From NCBI GenBank assembly GCA_963804165.1, contig CAWDPO010000010.1:128001-192000 (forward strand): a stretch of 64,000 nucleotides of DNA, read 5' to 3'. The translations under genes were made by a program, and so were the position numbers. Under the pieces are notes generated by a model that worked only from the letters and a program-made list of their open reading frames with translations, was not told the DNA's origin and ran no database searches. The DNA is from an uncultured delta proteobacterium (GTDB lineage Bacteria > Desulfobacterota > Binatia > UBA9968). The stretch's first letter is position 1; each line of letters opens with the position of its first letter. This document shows positions 27,640 through 42,202 of this stretch, in pieces.

Positions 27640-28079
27640 CGGTCACCCCGTGCGATTTCTACCTCATTGGATGGCGCGCTGAGGGAGCCGTCGAACAGCT
27701 GCGACGAAATCCGATATCGGTAAATCGCCTTCGGTCTCACTTCCTGATCGTCGTAGCGATACTGTTTTTGCTGCACGAATTTTTCCCGGTCTTCGACGTT
27801 AACCGTCGTGAGTTGCCGATACGGTACCGGACAGTCGGGACAGCTTTGAGAAACTTCCTTGCGAAAGATTACAAAACTTGCAAGATCCTTCAATGATGTC
27901 CCGTCGACATACTCGGTCGGTCGGGTCCACGTGAGCGTAATCCCGTTTGGCCCGACCCGCGCCGTCAAGTTGGTGATCGTCTTCGGCGTCGCCAGCTCCG
28001 GCGCGCGCGGGTCGCCTTTTTTACCGCACGACGAGGCCACGGCAACGAGCATCATAACAGTGACTATCAGTCGTTTCAT
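27636..28079 (-). CDS. Lipoprotein with LptM/LppL-like N-terminus and fibronectin-III-like domain
   Basis: Lipobox VASSC followed by GKKGDP; ITLTW, CPDC and YRYRI motifs; directly upstream of lysA-dapF. Confidence 0.7.
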   Translation of the reverse strand: MKRLIVTVMMLVAVASSCGKKGDPRAPELATPKTITNLTARVGPNGITLTWTRPTEYVDGTSLKDLASFVIFRKEVSQSCPDCPVPYRQLTTVNVEDREKFVQQKQYRYDDQEVRPKAIYRYRISSQLFDGSLSAPSNEVEIARGDR

Positions 28080-29471
28080 CTAGCCCCTCAGTTCTCGCAA
28101 ACGGCGCACGACGTTGCGGCGCGCCGTGCCACCTACCGCGCGGCGTCGTTCGATCACCGCTTCCGCTGAAAGATACCCATAGACATTGTTTTCGAATCTG
28201 CCGGAAAAACGCTTTAACTCGACCAGCGTCAATTCTTCGATACGTTTACCGTGGGCGAGGCAAAATTGCACGACCTTACCGGCCACTTCGTGGGCGACAC
28301 GAAACGCCAGGCCGTGCTCCACGAGATAATCCGCCAAGTCGGTGGCATTCATAAATCCGTCTCGTACGGCGTTCAACATCCGCGCGCGATGCACCTTCAT
28401 GCCCGCAATGACTTCGCGCATGATCTTGACGCAAGATTTGACCGTGTCGACGGTATCGAAGAGAGGAATTTTATCTTCCTGGAGATCGCGGTTATAGGCG
28501 AGCGGCAAACCTTTCATGATCGTCAGCAACGCTTGTAGATGGCCAAACACGCGTCCGGTCTTGCCGCGAATCAACTCGGGCACGTCGGGATTTTTCTTTT
28601 GCGGCATCATCGAGCTGCCGGTGCAGTAGCCGTCAGGCAGTTCGATGAAGCCGAATTCCTGAGTTGACCACAATACAAATTCTTCGGCGAGCCGGCTCAG
28701 ATGGACGAACAAAATAGCCGCCGCCGCTAAAAACTCCAGAAGAAAATCGCGGTCGCTGACGGCGTCGATGCTGTTCTTCGAGATGCGCTGAAACCCCAAA
28801 AGCTTGGCGACATAGGCGCGATCGATTGGAAACGTGGTCCCGGCCAGGGCACCCGATCCTAAAGGCAAAACGTTGATGCGGGCCAAGCACTCGTTGAAGC
28901 GCTCACCATCGCGTTCAAACATATCGAAGTAAGCCAGCAGATGGTGCGAAAAGAGCACCGGCTGGGCGCGCTGCAAATGGGTATAGCCGGGCATGATCAC
29001 ATCGAGATATGTTCTTGCCGCCTTAGCCAACTCTTGGCGCAGCGCTTTCACCCCGTCGAGAATGAGCCCGACTTCGTCACGCAGGAAAAGCCGCATGTCC
29101 AGCGCCACTTGGTCGTTGCGGCTGCGCGCCGTATGGAGCTTTCCGCCGGCTGGGCCGATCAACTCCGTCAGGCGCCGCTCGATATTCATGTGAATATCTT
29201 CGTCCGCTTGAGAGAACTTGAACTTACGACCATCGATCTCGCGCTGAATCGTCTGCAGCCCGCGGACGATCTTGCGCGCATCGCCGGCTGGGATGATGCG
29301 CTGTTTCGCGAGCATTTTCGTATGCGCGATACTACCCATAATGTCATGGCGGTAAAGCCGCGCATCGACCTCGATCGACGCGGTAAATGCTTCGACGGAG
29401 TCCGCCGTGCCTGCCGCAAAACGTCCGCCCCAAAGCTTGGTCTTTTTTGATTTGGCGCGCGCCACCGTCAT
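28080..29471 (-). CDS. argH: Argininosuccinate lyase
   Basis: [21 protein letters not shown] and [12 protein letters not shown]. Confidence 0.96.
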   Translation of the reverse strand: MTVARAKSKKTKLWGGRFAAGTADSVEAFTASIEVDARLYRHDIMGSIAHTKMLAKQRIIPAGDARKIVRGLQTIQREIDGRKFKFSQADEDIHMNIERRLTELIGPAGGKLHTARSRNDQVALDMRLFLRDEVGLILDGVKALRQELAKAARTYLDVIMPGYTHLQRAQPVLFSHHLLAYFDMFERDGERFNECLARINVLPLGSGALAGTTFPIDRAYVAKLLGFQRISKNSIDAVSDRDFLLEFLAAAAILFVHLSRLAEEFVLWSTQEFGFIELPDGYCTGSSMMPQKKNPDVPELIRGKTGRVFGHLQALLTIMKGLPLAYNRDLQEDKIPLFDTVDTVKSCVKIMREVIAGMKVHRARMLNAVRDGFMNATDLADYLVEHGLAFRVAHEVAGKVVQFCLAHGKRIEELTLVELKRFSGRFENNVYGYLSAEAVIERRRAVGGTARRNVVRRLRELRG

Positions 29472-30664
29472 CCCCGCTTGGCTTTGCGCAAGCGCAGCCG
29501 CAACGCGTTCAAACGAATGAATCCTTCAGCGTCGCCTTGATGATAAACTTCGTCCGCTTCGAATGTCGCCACGTCGGGATCGTAGAGCGAAGAGTCCGAT
29601 TTTCGCCCGACGACCGAGACGTTGCCTTTATAAAGTTTCAGGCGCACCCGGCCACTGACGTTGGCCTGCGAAGCGTCGATTGCCTTTTGCAAAACCTCGC
29701 GCTCCGGCGCGAACCAATAGCCGTAATAAATCATCTCCGCATAGCGCGGTATCATCGAATCCCTGATGCGCAGCACTTCACGATCCATAGTAATGGACTC
29801 GATGCCGCGGTGCGCAGCGTGCAAGATGGTCCCGCCGGGCGTTTCGTATACGCCGCGCGACTTCATGCCGACGTAGCGGTTCTCGACGATATCGACCCGG
29901 CCGATGCCATGCTTGGCACCGATGTCGTTGAGGCGCGCGAGCAGATTGGCGGGCGACAACTTGCGCCCGTTCAGCGCGACGGGATCGCCGCGCTGGTAAT
30001 CGATCTCCAAATATTCGGCGCGGTTCGGCGCCTTCTCCAGAGGCCGGCACCAGACAAACATATCGGCCGGCGGCTCTTTCCATGGATCCTCGAGGATCCC
30101 GCCTTCGTAACTGATATGAAATAAGTTCCGATCCGTGCTGTAGGGCTTTGACTTGGTCACCGGCACGGGAATCCCATGCTTGCGCGCGTAGTCGATCAAC
30201 GTCGAGCGCGCATTGAGATCCCACAGGCGCCACGGTGCGATGACTTTGATTCCCGGCTTCAGCGCATAATAGGTCAGCTCGAAGCGCACCTGATCATTGC
30301 CCTTCCCCGTAGCGCCGTGTGAAACGGCGTCGGCTTTTTCCTTTACGGCGACGTCGATCTGTCCTTTTGCAATCAGCGGCCGGGCGATCGAGGTTCCGAG
30401 CAGGTACGAACCCTCGTAAACCGCGTTGGCGCGGAGCATCGGAAAGACGTAATCCTTGACGAATATCTCGCGCAGATCGCCGATCACGACTTTGCGGGCG
30501 CCGGTCGCAATCGCCTTGCGCTTGACCGCCTGAAGATCATCACCTTGGCCCAAATCGGCGCAGAACGCGATCACTTCGCAGCCGTATTCCTCCTTGAGCC
30601 AGCGCAAAATCACCGAGGTATCCAGTCCGCCCGAGTATGCCAGGACAACCTTTTTAACGCTCAT
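29468..30664 (-). CDS. argG: Argininosuccinate synthase
   Basis: [22 protein letters not shown] and [11 protein letters not shown]. Confidence 0.96.
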   Translation of the reverse strand: MSVKKVVLAYSGGLDTSVILRWLKEEYGCEVIAFCADLGQGDDLQAVKRKAIATGARKVVIGDLREIFVKDYVFPMLRANAVYEGSYLLGTSIARPLIAKGQIDVAVKEKADAVSHGATGKGNDQVRFELTYYALKPGIKVIAPWRLWDLNARSTLIDYARKHGIPVPVTKSKPYSTDRNLFHISYEGGILEDPWKEPPADMFVWCRPLEKAPNRAEYLEIDYQRGDPVALNGRKLSPANLLARLNDIGAKHGIGRVDIVENRYVGMKSRGVYETPGGTILHAAHRGIESITMDREVLRIRDSMIPRYAEMIYYGYWFAPEREVLQKAIDASQANVSGRVRLKLYKGNVSVVGRKSDSSLYDPDVATFEADEVYHQGDAEGFIRLNALRLRLRKAKRG

Positions 30665-30673
30665 CGTTGCTGC

Positions 30674-31663
30674 TTACTTTCCTCTAACCTTGCTCGTAGG
30701 TAATTGCCGTTTGCCGGAAGACTTTGAACCTTGAACTTTTGAACCGTTGAACCCATGCAGCAACCACACCATCACGGCTTTTTGGACGTGCAAACGATTT
30801 TCCGCCTGATCGAAAGCAATGCACTGCGGGCTTTCCAAAACTTCATGCGTGATCTCTTCGCCTCGGTGCGCCGGCAGGCAGTGCATCACCACCGCATCCT
30901 TCTTGGCCATCGCCACGATCCGGCCATTCACCTGGTAGGCGCGGAACGCATTCAAGCGCGCCTGCGTTTCTTTTTCCTGCCCCATGCTGGTCCACACGTC
31001 GGTGTAAATCGCGTCGGCGCCCGACACCGCTTCTTCGACCGAGTGGGTTACCGTGATCTTTGCGCCGGCGTTTACGGCCTTTTTCAAAATGGCTCCATTG
31101 GGCTCGTAACCTTTCGGGCAGGCCAACGCGAACGAGAACGGCACGATCGCTGCCGCCTCGAGCCACGAGTGAACCATATTGTTGCCGTCGCCCACGAACG
31201 CAATCTTTAATCCGGCAAGCTCTCCCTTGTGTTCGATCAACGTTTGACAGTCGGCCAGCACTTGGCACGGATGAAAGTCATCGGTAAGTGAATTGATCAC
31301 CGGCACCGATGAATTCTCCGCCATCTCCTCGATGATTTTGTGCGCGAAGGTCCGCACCGTGATCAGGTCGAACCAACGGTCTAGGTTCCGCGCGCAGTCG
31401 GCGGGCGTTTCCCGCGTGCCTAATCCGACTTCAGCGGGCCCAAGATAAACGGCTTCTCCGCCCAGCTGAGTCATGCCCACCGCGAATGTCGCTCGAGTGC
31501 GTAAACTCGGTTTCTCAAAGACCAGCGCCAACCCTTTTCCGGCCAAGAGTCGGTGCGCCACGCCTTGCTTCTGCTTGCGCTTGAGCTCGTTCGCAAGAGT
31601 TAAGATACCGTCAAATTCGCGCCGGCTGAGGCCGTGAAAACTTATTAGATCACGCTTGCTCAT
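30674..31663 (-). CDS. argF: Ornithine carbamoyltransferase
   Basis: FEKPSLRT, HPCQ, DVWTSMG, HCLP and QAENR; C-terminal extension partly encoded by a TTGAAC array. Confidence 0.94.
   Translation of the reverse strand: MSKRDLISFHGLSRREFDGILTLANELKRKQKQGVAHRLLAGKGLALVFEKPSLRTRATFAVGMTQLGGEAVYLGPAEVGLGTRETPADCARNLDRWFDLITVRTFAHKIIEEMAENSSVPVINSLTDDFHPCQVLADCQTLIEHKGELAGLKIAFVGDGNNMVHSWLEAAAIVPFSFALACPKGYEPNGAILKKAVNAGAKITVTHSVEEAVSGADAIYTDVWTSMGQEKETQARLNAFRAYQVNGRIVAMAKKDAVVMHCLPAHRGEEITHEVLESPQCIAFDQAENRLHVQKAVMVWLLHGFNGSKVQGSKSSGKRQLPTSKVRGK
30724..30752 (+). repeat. TTGAAC tandem array, 4 units, inside the 3' end of argF
   Basis: ttgaacc ttgaactt ttgaaccg ttgaac. Confidence 0.75.
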
Positions 31664-31686
31664 GATTTAAAAAGAGTGGAGCCGGA

Positions 31687-35177
<3,491 letters not shown>

Positions 35178-35395
35178 GGGAATAATCACTCCTAACAATT
35201 TCCCTAGGAAATGCAATCATTCCTGAGGCCAGAGAGACGACCCACGGCTGGAAAATGCCTGAAATAATTCGCCAACTCAGCTGGCGGATGGTTTCAGATG
35301 CGTCGCCCGCGCCGGCCCCGTTCACGCTCGGATCGTATATCCTTGCTACGGGTCAAAATCCGCCACGATCCGTCGCGATACTGCGCCGCCGCCTA

Positions 35396-35927
35396 CTAGG
35401 GCAATTCTTCAAAGGTAAGTTGATCGTTGGTGTAAACGCAGATGCCGGCAGCCACGCGCATAGCTTCCTCGGCGATGACGCGGGCGATCTAACTGAGTAT
35501 GCTTGACGAAAACCCGCGCCGCGGCCAAGGCATAATTGCCGCCCGAGCCGATAGCGATAACGCCATCGTCCGGCTCTATCACATCGCCGGCGCCGGAAAT
35601 CACCAATAAATCGCTGACGTCCGCGATCACCATCAAGGCTTCGAGCCGCCGCAAGACGCGATCCGTGCGCCAATCTTTGGCCAGTTCCACCGCCGCGCGC
35701 TTGAGATTGCCGTTGAACTGTTCCAGCTTGGCTTCAAATTTTTCGAACAGCGTGAATGCGTCCGCCGTCGCGCCGGCAAAACCGGCGATCACATTGTCAT
35801 GATGCAGTTTGCGCACCTTGCGCGCGCTATGCTTCATCACCGTCTGGCCCATGCTCACCTGCCCATCGCCCACGACGACGACTTTGCCGCCATGACGAAT
35901 CGCCAATATGGTCGTGCCCTGAAACAT
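35396..35927 (-). CDS. hslV: ATP-dependent protease peptidase subunit HslV (frameshift near 35487)
   Basis: [24 protein letters not shown]; shifted tail [15 protein letters not shown]. Confidence 0.92.
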
Positions 35928-35996
35928 TTTAGATTTTACATTGCCGATTTTGGATTCCAGAATCGCGATTAAAATCCAAAATATAAAATCGAAAAT
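35926..35996. repeat. AT-rich inverted repeat built from GATTTT/AAAATC units
   Basis: attttagatttta...attttggatt pairs with aatccaaaat ataaaatcgaaaat in the xerC-hslV spacer. Confidence 0.65.
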
Positions 35997-36000
35997 TTAT

Positions 36001-36910
36001 TCACGCCCTCGGGTGCGCCTTGTCATACACCGCCGTCAATTGATCCAAGTTCAAATGCGTATAGCGCTGCGTCGTCGACAGGCTCGCGTGGCCCAGCAAT
36101 TCTTGAATCACCCGCAGATCGGCGCCGCTGTTGAGCAGATGCGTGGCAAAGCTGTGGCGCAGCCCGTGCGGTCCCATCTTGATCTGAAGTCCGGCTTGTT
36201 TTAAATGCTTCTCAACGATGCGCGCGACGCTGCGCGTAGTAATCCGCCCGCCGCGGTTGTTTAGAAAAACTGGCGTTTCTCCCTTGCAGGCAACCTGCCA
36301 TTGCTTGCGCTGCTCCTGGCTGTAATCTCGCAACGCTTGCAAAGCTATCTCTCCAACCGGCACGATGCGTTCTTTCGAACCCTTGCCGACGACGCGAATA
36401 ATACCCAGTTGAAAATCAATGTCGGCCCAATTAAGGCCCACCAATTCACTCACCCGCACACCGGTACGAATAGAAAACTTCAAGCACGGCCCGGTCGCGC
36501 ACATCGAGCTGAGTCTTGATCTTGATCCCGCCCAACAGCTGAAAAACATCGTCCACGGAAAGAAAAGCGGGCAGCGGCTTCTCTTGCTTGGGCGAGTGAA
36601 TCGTAAGGAGCGGGTTCTTAGCGATTTTATGATTCGTTAGTAAATAACGGAAGAAACCCTTCAAGGCCGCAAGCTTTCTGCCGATCGAGCTCTTTTTCGA
36701 TCCTGGGTTAAAGACGCCAAGATACGCGCGTATCACGTGAACATCGACTTCTCCCACGTTCACGTTGCCTTCGCCGTCGACAGCCAACTCTCGCTCCGAT
36801 AGAAATTGGCGAAATTGCTCCAAGTCGCTCTGATAGTTGCGTAGCGTATGCGGTGAGACGTTGCGCTCATCGCGTAAATGGCCAGCATATTGTCGAATCA
36901 GCTCTTCCAA
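36001..36910 (-). CDS. xerC: Tyrosine recombinase XerC (frameshifted)
   Basis: SPHTLRNY, GVRVSEL, GKGSKER, HGLRHSFATH and LLGHASLSTTQRY; xerC-hslV-hslU synteny. Confidence 0.88.
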
Positions 36911-37017
36911 AGTCCTTTACCGCTTTTCCCAGAATATCACGCCTGCCGTCGGAGCGGAAATCATCCTGCGCTCTCGCTTTTAGCGGGCGTGCGATTGTGC
37001 TATCCGTTTGAGGCGAT

Positions 37018-37773
37018 ATGATTCAGGAAACCATTTCATTCAAAAACTCCAGAGGAGACACCCTGAGCGGCGTGCTCCATCACCCTGTGGAGGCAAGACC
37101 GAACGGCGCTGTGATTCTTTGCCATGGCATGGAATCGGATAAAAACAGCGACAAGTTGATATTTATGAGCCAAGCGCTGGCCGAGCGCGGCATTCTGACG
37201 CTCAGATTCGATTTCGCGTACGTCGGCGAATCGAGCGGCAGATTCGCGGACATTACGTATAGCGGCGAGGTCGACGACTTGAAAGCGGCATACGCGCTGA
37301 TGCAAAACCGCCAAGCCGGAAGGACCGCGATTCTCGGTTCGAGCATGGGTGGAAGCGTTGCCTTATTGTTCGCGGCTCAAGAGCCGACGGTCGCCGCGCT
37401 GGTCACCGTATCCGCGCCGCTCCATCCGGAAAATTTTCCGCGACGCATTTTGACCCGCGAACAAATCCAGCAGTGGCGTGAGCAAGGGTTCACGATTCAT
37501 AACGGCCAACGGCTCAACGTTTCGCTACTCGAGGATTTAGAGCGTATCGACGTGTCCGCGTCAGCGCGAAAAATCAACTGTCCGGTCCTGATCCTACATG
37601 GTGATGCCGATGAAGTTGTTCCTGTCGAAGAAGCTTACGAATTACACGGTTGTCTGCCAAACTCAAAACGTCTAACGATCTTGCAGGGAACCGATCATCG
37701 GCTCTCCGATCCGATGATCCTGCAGCGTGCGATCACCGAAGCGCTGGATTGGTTGACGGAATATGTCAGCTAA
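37018..37773 (+). CDS. Alpha/beta fold hydrolase
   Basis: CHG, GSSMGG nucleophile elbow, HGDADEVV and TDH catalytic triad motifs. Confidence 0.85.
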   Translation: MIQETISFKNSRGDTLSGVLHHPVEARPNGAVILCHGMESDKNSDKLIFMSQALAERGILTLRFDFAYVGESSGRFADITYSGEVDDLKAAYALMQNRQAGRTAILGSSMGGSVALLFAAQEPTVAALVTVSAPLHPENFPRRILTREQIQQWREQGFTIHNGQRLNVSLLEDLERIDVSASARKINCPVLILHGDADEVVPVEEAYELHGCLPNSKRLTILQGTDHRLSDPMILQRAITEALDWLTEYVS

Positions 37774-38192
37774 ACTTAGCTTAACAAAGTCATCGAAGAT
37801 CGTCCCCGCCGTTTTTGCCTTTGCGGTCCTGCTGGCGAGTTCTTGCGGTCACGATCTAAATACAGCCCAAGGCGTCGCCGAAGAGTTCGTCGATCAACAT
37901 TACGTCAGCCATCGACTTGCAGAAGGCCAAGGCGCTCGCCGTAAGCGTGGCTCTGCGCAAATTAGACGAGGAGATTCGGCTCACCGCCGGTCATAAAATC
38001 GACGCCTCGACGCAGAAACCGCGCGTCCATTACACCTTGTTGGAAAAAAAAGAAGGAGATCAGCGGGCGACATTCCTCTACGAAGGCAGGATTCAGTCGG
38101 ACGACAACACGTCGTTTACGCGTCAATGGTTGATTACCACCCGCAGGGAAGGAACCCAATGGCGCGTGTCAAATTATACCGAATCAGACTAA
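37763..38192 (+). CDS. Hypothetical lipoprotein (frameshift near 37908)
   Basis: Lipobox LASSC; the 37763 and 37917 ORFs join into one protein. Confidence 0.6.
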
Positions 38193-38206
38193 AGGCGCTG
38201 AATGGC

Positions 38207-39528
38207 CTAAGCCCCGGCAGGCACAGCAGCCGGCGGCAGCGTTTCCTTAGGCTTTGACTTGATTTGCAACGCCAACCCCGCTGCAATCATCGCGATCACG
38301 CCGCCGGATAAGAAAGCAAATTGATAATCACCCATCCAGGTGCGAATGGCGCCTGCCGCAGAAGCCATAATCGCGGCGCCGATCTGGTGCGACATGAAAA
38401 TCCAGCCATAAACTTTGCCGACATTTTGCCTGCCGAAAGTATCGGCCGTGAGCGCCATCGACGGCGGCACCGTGGCAAACCAGTCGAGCCCATAAATGAT
38501 CGCAAAAAACACCAGGCCGGTAAAATTGTGCACGAAGGGCAGGATCAGCAGCGACACGCCGCGCAGGGCATAAACCAGCGCCAGCCATCTCTGCGGTTGC
38601 ACTTTGTCGACCATCCAGCCGGAAAAAATAGTGCCGACCATGTTGAGACCGCCCATAATGCCGAGCAGCGACGCCGCGGCGATTTGCGGAATGCCGATCT
38701 CGATTTCATGGGGGATGAGATGCGTGCCGATCAGCCCGTTGGCGGTACCACCGCAAACAAAGAAGCTTCCGGCGAGCAACCAAAAAGTCGGGTGGCTCAC
38801 GACTTCTTTGGCCGTGATTGTGGCATTTTTAGCGGGCATACCGCGCAAGGATGCCGCGCCGCCACCGCTTGCCGCACCCGTTTGACCAGCGCCGTAGGGC
38901 TCCAAACCAACGTCCGCAGGATCGTCGCGCATGAAAAGAAAAATCAGCGGCAGCAAAATCATCGCGACGACGATCAGCGTCATCGACCCCAAGCGCCAAC
39001 CGGCGTAGGTGATCATCGCCATAAAGAAGGGTAGAAAAATAATCTGACCGGTTGAGCTCGCGCTGCCGAGAATGCCAAGCGCCAGCCCGCGCCGGGCGAC
39101 GAACCAACGGTTGCCGATGGTCGCGGTCAATACTGAACCGACTCCACCGGCGCCGAGACCAACGACGACTCCCCAAACGAGAAAGAATTGCCAGAACTCA
39201 GTCATCGCCATCGTGCCGCTGACGCCGACGATCAGGAACAGGAGGCTTCCTATCATCAGTTTGCGCGGCCCGAAACGATCGATCAGATAGCCGCTGAGCG
39301 GCGCCGCAACACCGAACAACAGGAGATTCATGCTGACGGCAGAGGCAATCAGAGTCCGGCTCCAGCCAAACTCAGCTTCCAACGGATGAATCAACACCGA
39401 CGGCGACGAGCGCACCCCCGCGCTTGTCAAAGTCGTCAAAAAACAAAGCCGAGAACCAACCAACCGTAGTAAAAAGGCAGTGACAGCGGTGGACGCTTTG
39501 GGGTTGTGTCAGGACTGTTGTTGCTCAT
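38207..39528 (-). CDS. MFS transporter (frameshift near 39455)
   Basis: 12-TM pattern, GYLIDRFGPR motif A; N-terminus ...PFYYGWLV in a shifted frame. Confidence 0.85.
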
Positions 39529-39667
39529 GACTTCATATCTACTCACCTTTGGCGCAAATCACAAACCACGACCATTCGGGAATGCTGTGTACTGGATGAG
39601 CCCATTCTCCTGCTCCGGCTCGGCATCGGTTTCCCGCTTCGAACATTGCATGCTATGACTTGCCGAC

Positions 39668-40276
39668 ATGAAGCCGCTCTTTACGTCGCTGGTATTTTGC
39701 TGGATCTTGGTTTGTGGCAGCGCACACGCTGCAGAATACCGCGAAGAGATCCCGTTTGTCCCGACGCCGATCGAAGTCATCGATCGAATGCTGGAGCTGG
39801 CTGAAGTTAAAAAAGGCGACGTGCTTTACGATCTGGGCAGCGGCGACGGCCGAATAGTGATCCGCGCCGCGAAAAAATACGGCATCCGCGCCGTCGGCAT
39901 CGAGATGGACCAATGGCTGTTGGACCAAGCGCGCCGGGATGCAAAATCCGCCGGCGTTAATCACCTCATCGAATTCCGTTCCGAAGACGCTCTCAAAGCG
40001 AATATCTCCGACGCCACCGTGGTAACGCTTTACATGCTGCCGTGGTTCAACGAAGCGATGAAACCCAGCTTTGAAAAACAGCTTAAACCCGGCAGCCGCA
40101 TCGTCGCCCACGACTTCGGCATCGCAGGCTGGCAGCCGGACAAGACGGTGAAGCTAGCCGGATACGAGCTCAAGATCGGCGGGTATAAGCATCAACACAC
40201 GATTTATCTGTGGCAGATTACCAAAGACCGAATTAAGCGTTCGCAAGCTCGTGCGTCGTCCCGCCAAGACCGCTGA
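39668..40276 (+). CDS. Class I SAM-dependent methyltransferase with apparent signal peptide
   Basis: PFVPTP, YDLGSGDGRIV, GIE and KPGSRIVAHDF. Confidence 0.85.
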   Translation: MKPLFTSLVFCWILVCGSAHAAEYREEIPFVPTPIEVIDRMLELAEVKKGDVLYDLGSGDGRIVIRAAKKYGIRAVGIEMDQWLLDQARRDAKSAGVNHLIEFRSEDALKANISDATVVTLYMLPWFNEAMKPSFEKQLKPGSRIVAHDFGIAGWQPDKTVKLAGYELKIGGYKHQHTIYLWQITKDRIKRSQARASSRQDR

Positions 40277-40309
40277 ACCGTGGCGACCATAAGCTGGCCG
40301 CCGGTGCTG

Positions 40310-40756
40310 TCATTCAGCGATCTTGACAAAGTCTCCCTTGAGCGCGACCCCGGCAATGACTGCGCCGGCATGACATTCGAACTCAGTTGGGCTCGACATG
40401 ACATCCTTCTTATAATAGCTGACGATGTTCACCACGGCATTGGCGCCCAATTGTTTGGCGCGCTTTTCTAGCTGAACCATTGCCGAAAGAAATACCCAAT
40501 TGCATGCCTTTTCGTCGGATTTCCCCACCGAATTGGTTTTGAGGTTAGTTACGTCGGTACCGAGCTTGGTCAGAACTTTCGGTGTCTCTTGGTTGCCGAA
40601 AAAGAACTTTATTGAGCCGTCAAGCTTGTCTTTTGCGTCCTTAACTTCCAAAGCAGCGGCGATCGGTAGAAGATATTTGGTATCACGCGCGTGGGTCGGC
40701 CACGTCACACCAATGACGCCACTGAAGACCAAGAAGATTACAAAAGTCTTTTTCAT
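40310..40756 (-). CDS. Small secreted protein typical of aryl-polyene clusters (often mislabelled excinuclease ATPase subunit)
   Basis: Signal peptide HA-RD, KSDEKACNW, LGANAVVNIVSYY and FECHAG. Confidence 0.72.
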   Translation of the reverse strand: MKKTFVIFLVFSGVIGVTWPTHARDTKYLLPIAAALEVKDAKDKLDGSIKFFFGNQETPKVLTKLGTDVTNLKTNSVGKSDEKACNWVFLSAMVQLEKRAKQLGANAVVNIVSYYKKDVMSSPTEFECHAGAVIAGVALKGDFVKIAE

Positions 40757-40971
40757 CGAACCACTCCTTTTCCGTTGATGTTGCGAATATAAACTCTTCA
40801 AACTAGCCAAGGCAACAAGATTTTTCTGAAGCGTATCCTTTGCGTGGAACTGAATGATTAAACTGAGCTTCCACTCCCACCGATCAATGCACCACGGCTG
40901 GACATGATCGACTCATCCTGACCTACCAAGAAGAATCCCATTGCGAATACTAAAATAACCGGGACTGCGAC

Positions 40972-42202
40972 CTAAACATATCGTCGAAAAACCAACGATG
41001 TATTGATCCCGCCAAAAGCGAAATTATTCGAGATAACGTATTCGCAATCCAACTCGCGACCTTGTTCGACAACGTAGTCGAGATCGGCACATTCTGGATC
41101 GACCTCGGCAAGATTGATCGTCGGGGCAAACCAGCCGGCGCGCATCATTTCGATACTGATCCATGCCTCCAGGGCACCACAGGCCCCGAGCGTGTGTCCC
41201 ATGTAGCTCTTCAACGAGCTTATCGGAACGCGATGGCGAAAAAGATTCCAAGTCGCCTGCGACTTCCGCGACATCGCCATGTTGAGTGCCGGTTCCATGG
41301 GCATTGATGTAGCCGATCGCCGACGGCGGCAAATCGGCGTCAGCCAAAGCCAGCTCCATGGCGATCTGCATAGTCTTCGCGTTGGGATGGGTTACGTGGC
41401 AGCCGTCACTGTTGGTGCCGAAACCGATAATCTCGGCGTAGATGGTCGCGCCGCGCGCCTGGGCATGCTCCAGCTCTTCGAGGATAAGAGTGCCGGCGCC
41501 TTCGCCGATCACCAAGCCGTCGCGCGCGGCGTCGAAGGGGCGCGGCGTCGTCGCCGCGGCGTCGTTGCGTACGCTGGTGGCGAATAACGTGTCGAAAACC
41601 GCCGCCTCGGTGACGCATAATTCCTCGGCACCGCCGGCAATCATCGCGATTTGATGACCCGCGCGAATGGTTTCATAGGCATAACCGATGCCCTGGCTCC
41701 CTGATGTGCATGCGCTCGAGGTCGTGATGATTCGCCCGGTCACGCCGAGAAACACGCCGAGATTGACCGGCGCGGTGTGTCCCATCATCTTAATATAAGT
41801 GGTGGCATTGATGCCTCTCGTGCTTTTCTCGTCGATCATCTTGCCAAAGTCGCAGATGGCTTTTGGCGTGCCCGCGGACGAACCGTAGGCGATGCCAAGC
41901 CTACCACTCTTTAGTAGAGCATCGTCCAGCAAACCCGCGTCAACAAGCGCCAGTTCGCTGGCGCGGGTCGCCATCAACGCCACTCTGCCCATGCTCCGGG
42001 TCGCCTTGATCGTGTAGCGTTCGGATAACGTGAAATCTGCGGCGGGCGCCCCGAGTTGAGTATTCAACCCGTCGTAGCCTGACCACTCTTCCATCTTCGT
42101 TATAGCGTTGCGGTAGCTGCCCAGTCGCGCGCGAATGCTGGGCCAGTCGTTGCCGATGGGGCTGATGCCGGCCATTCCAGTAACGGCGACTCGATGCTTC
42201 AC
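40972..42202 (-). CDS. Beta-ketoacyl-ACP synthase, FabF/ApeR-like (frameshift near 41270)
   Basis: SSACTSG, NAHGTGT, SLKSYMGHTLGA and NNFAFGG. Confidence 0.88.

Noticed and set aside
36001-36910. Tyrosine recombinase as a possible integrase of a mobile element
   Set aside because: XerC-type sequence in the conserved xerC-hslV-hslU context; no att sites or cargo seen
39668-40276. Methyltransferase as the missing ApeB of the aryl-polyene cluster
   Set aside because: Opposite strand, short, different motif set and a signal-like N-terminus; adjacency alone is insufficient
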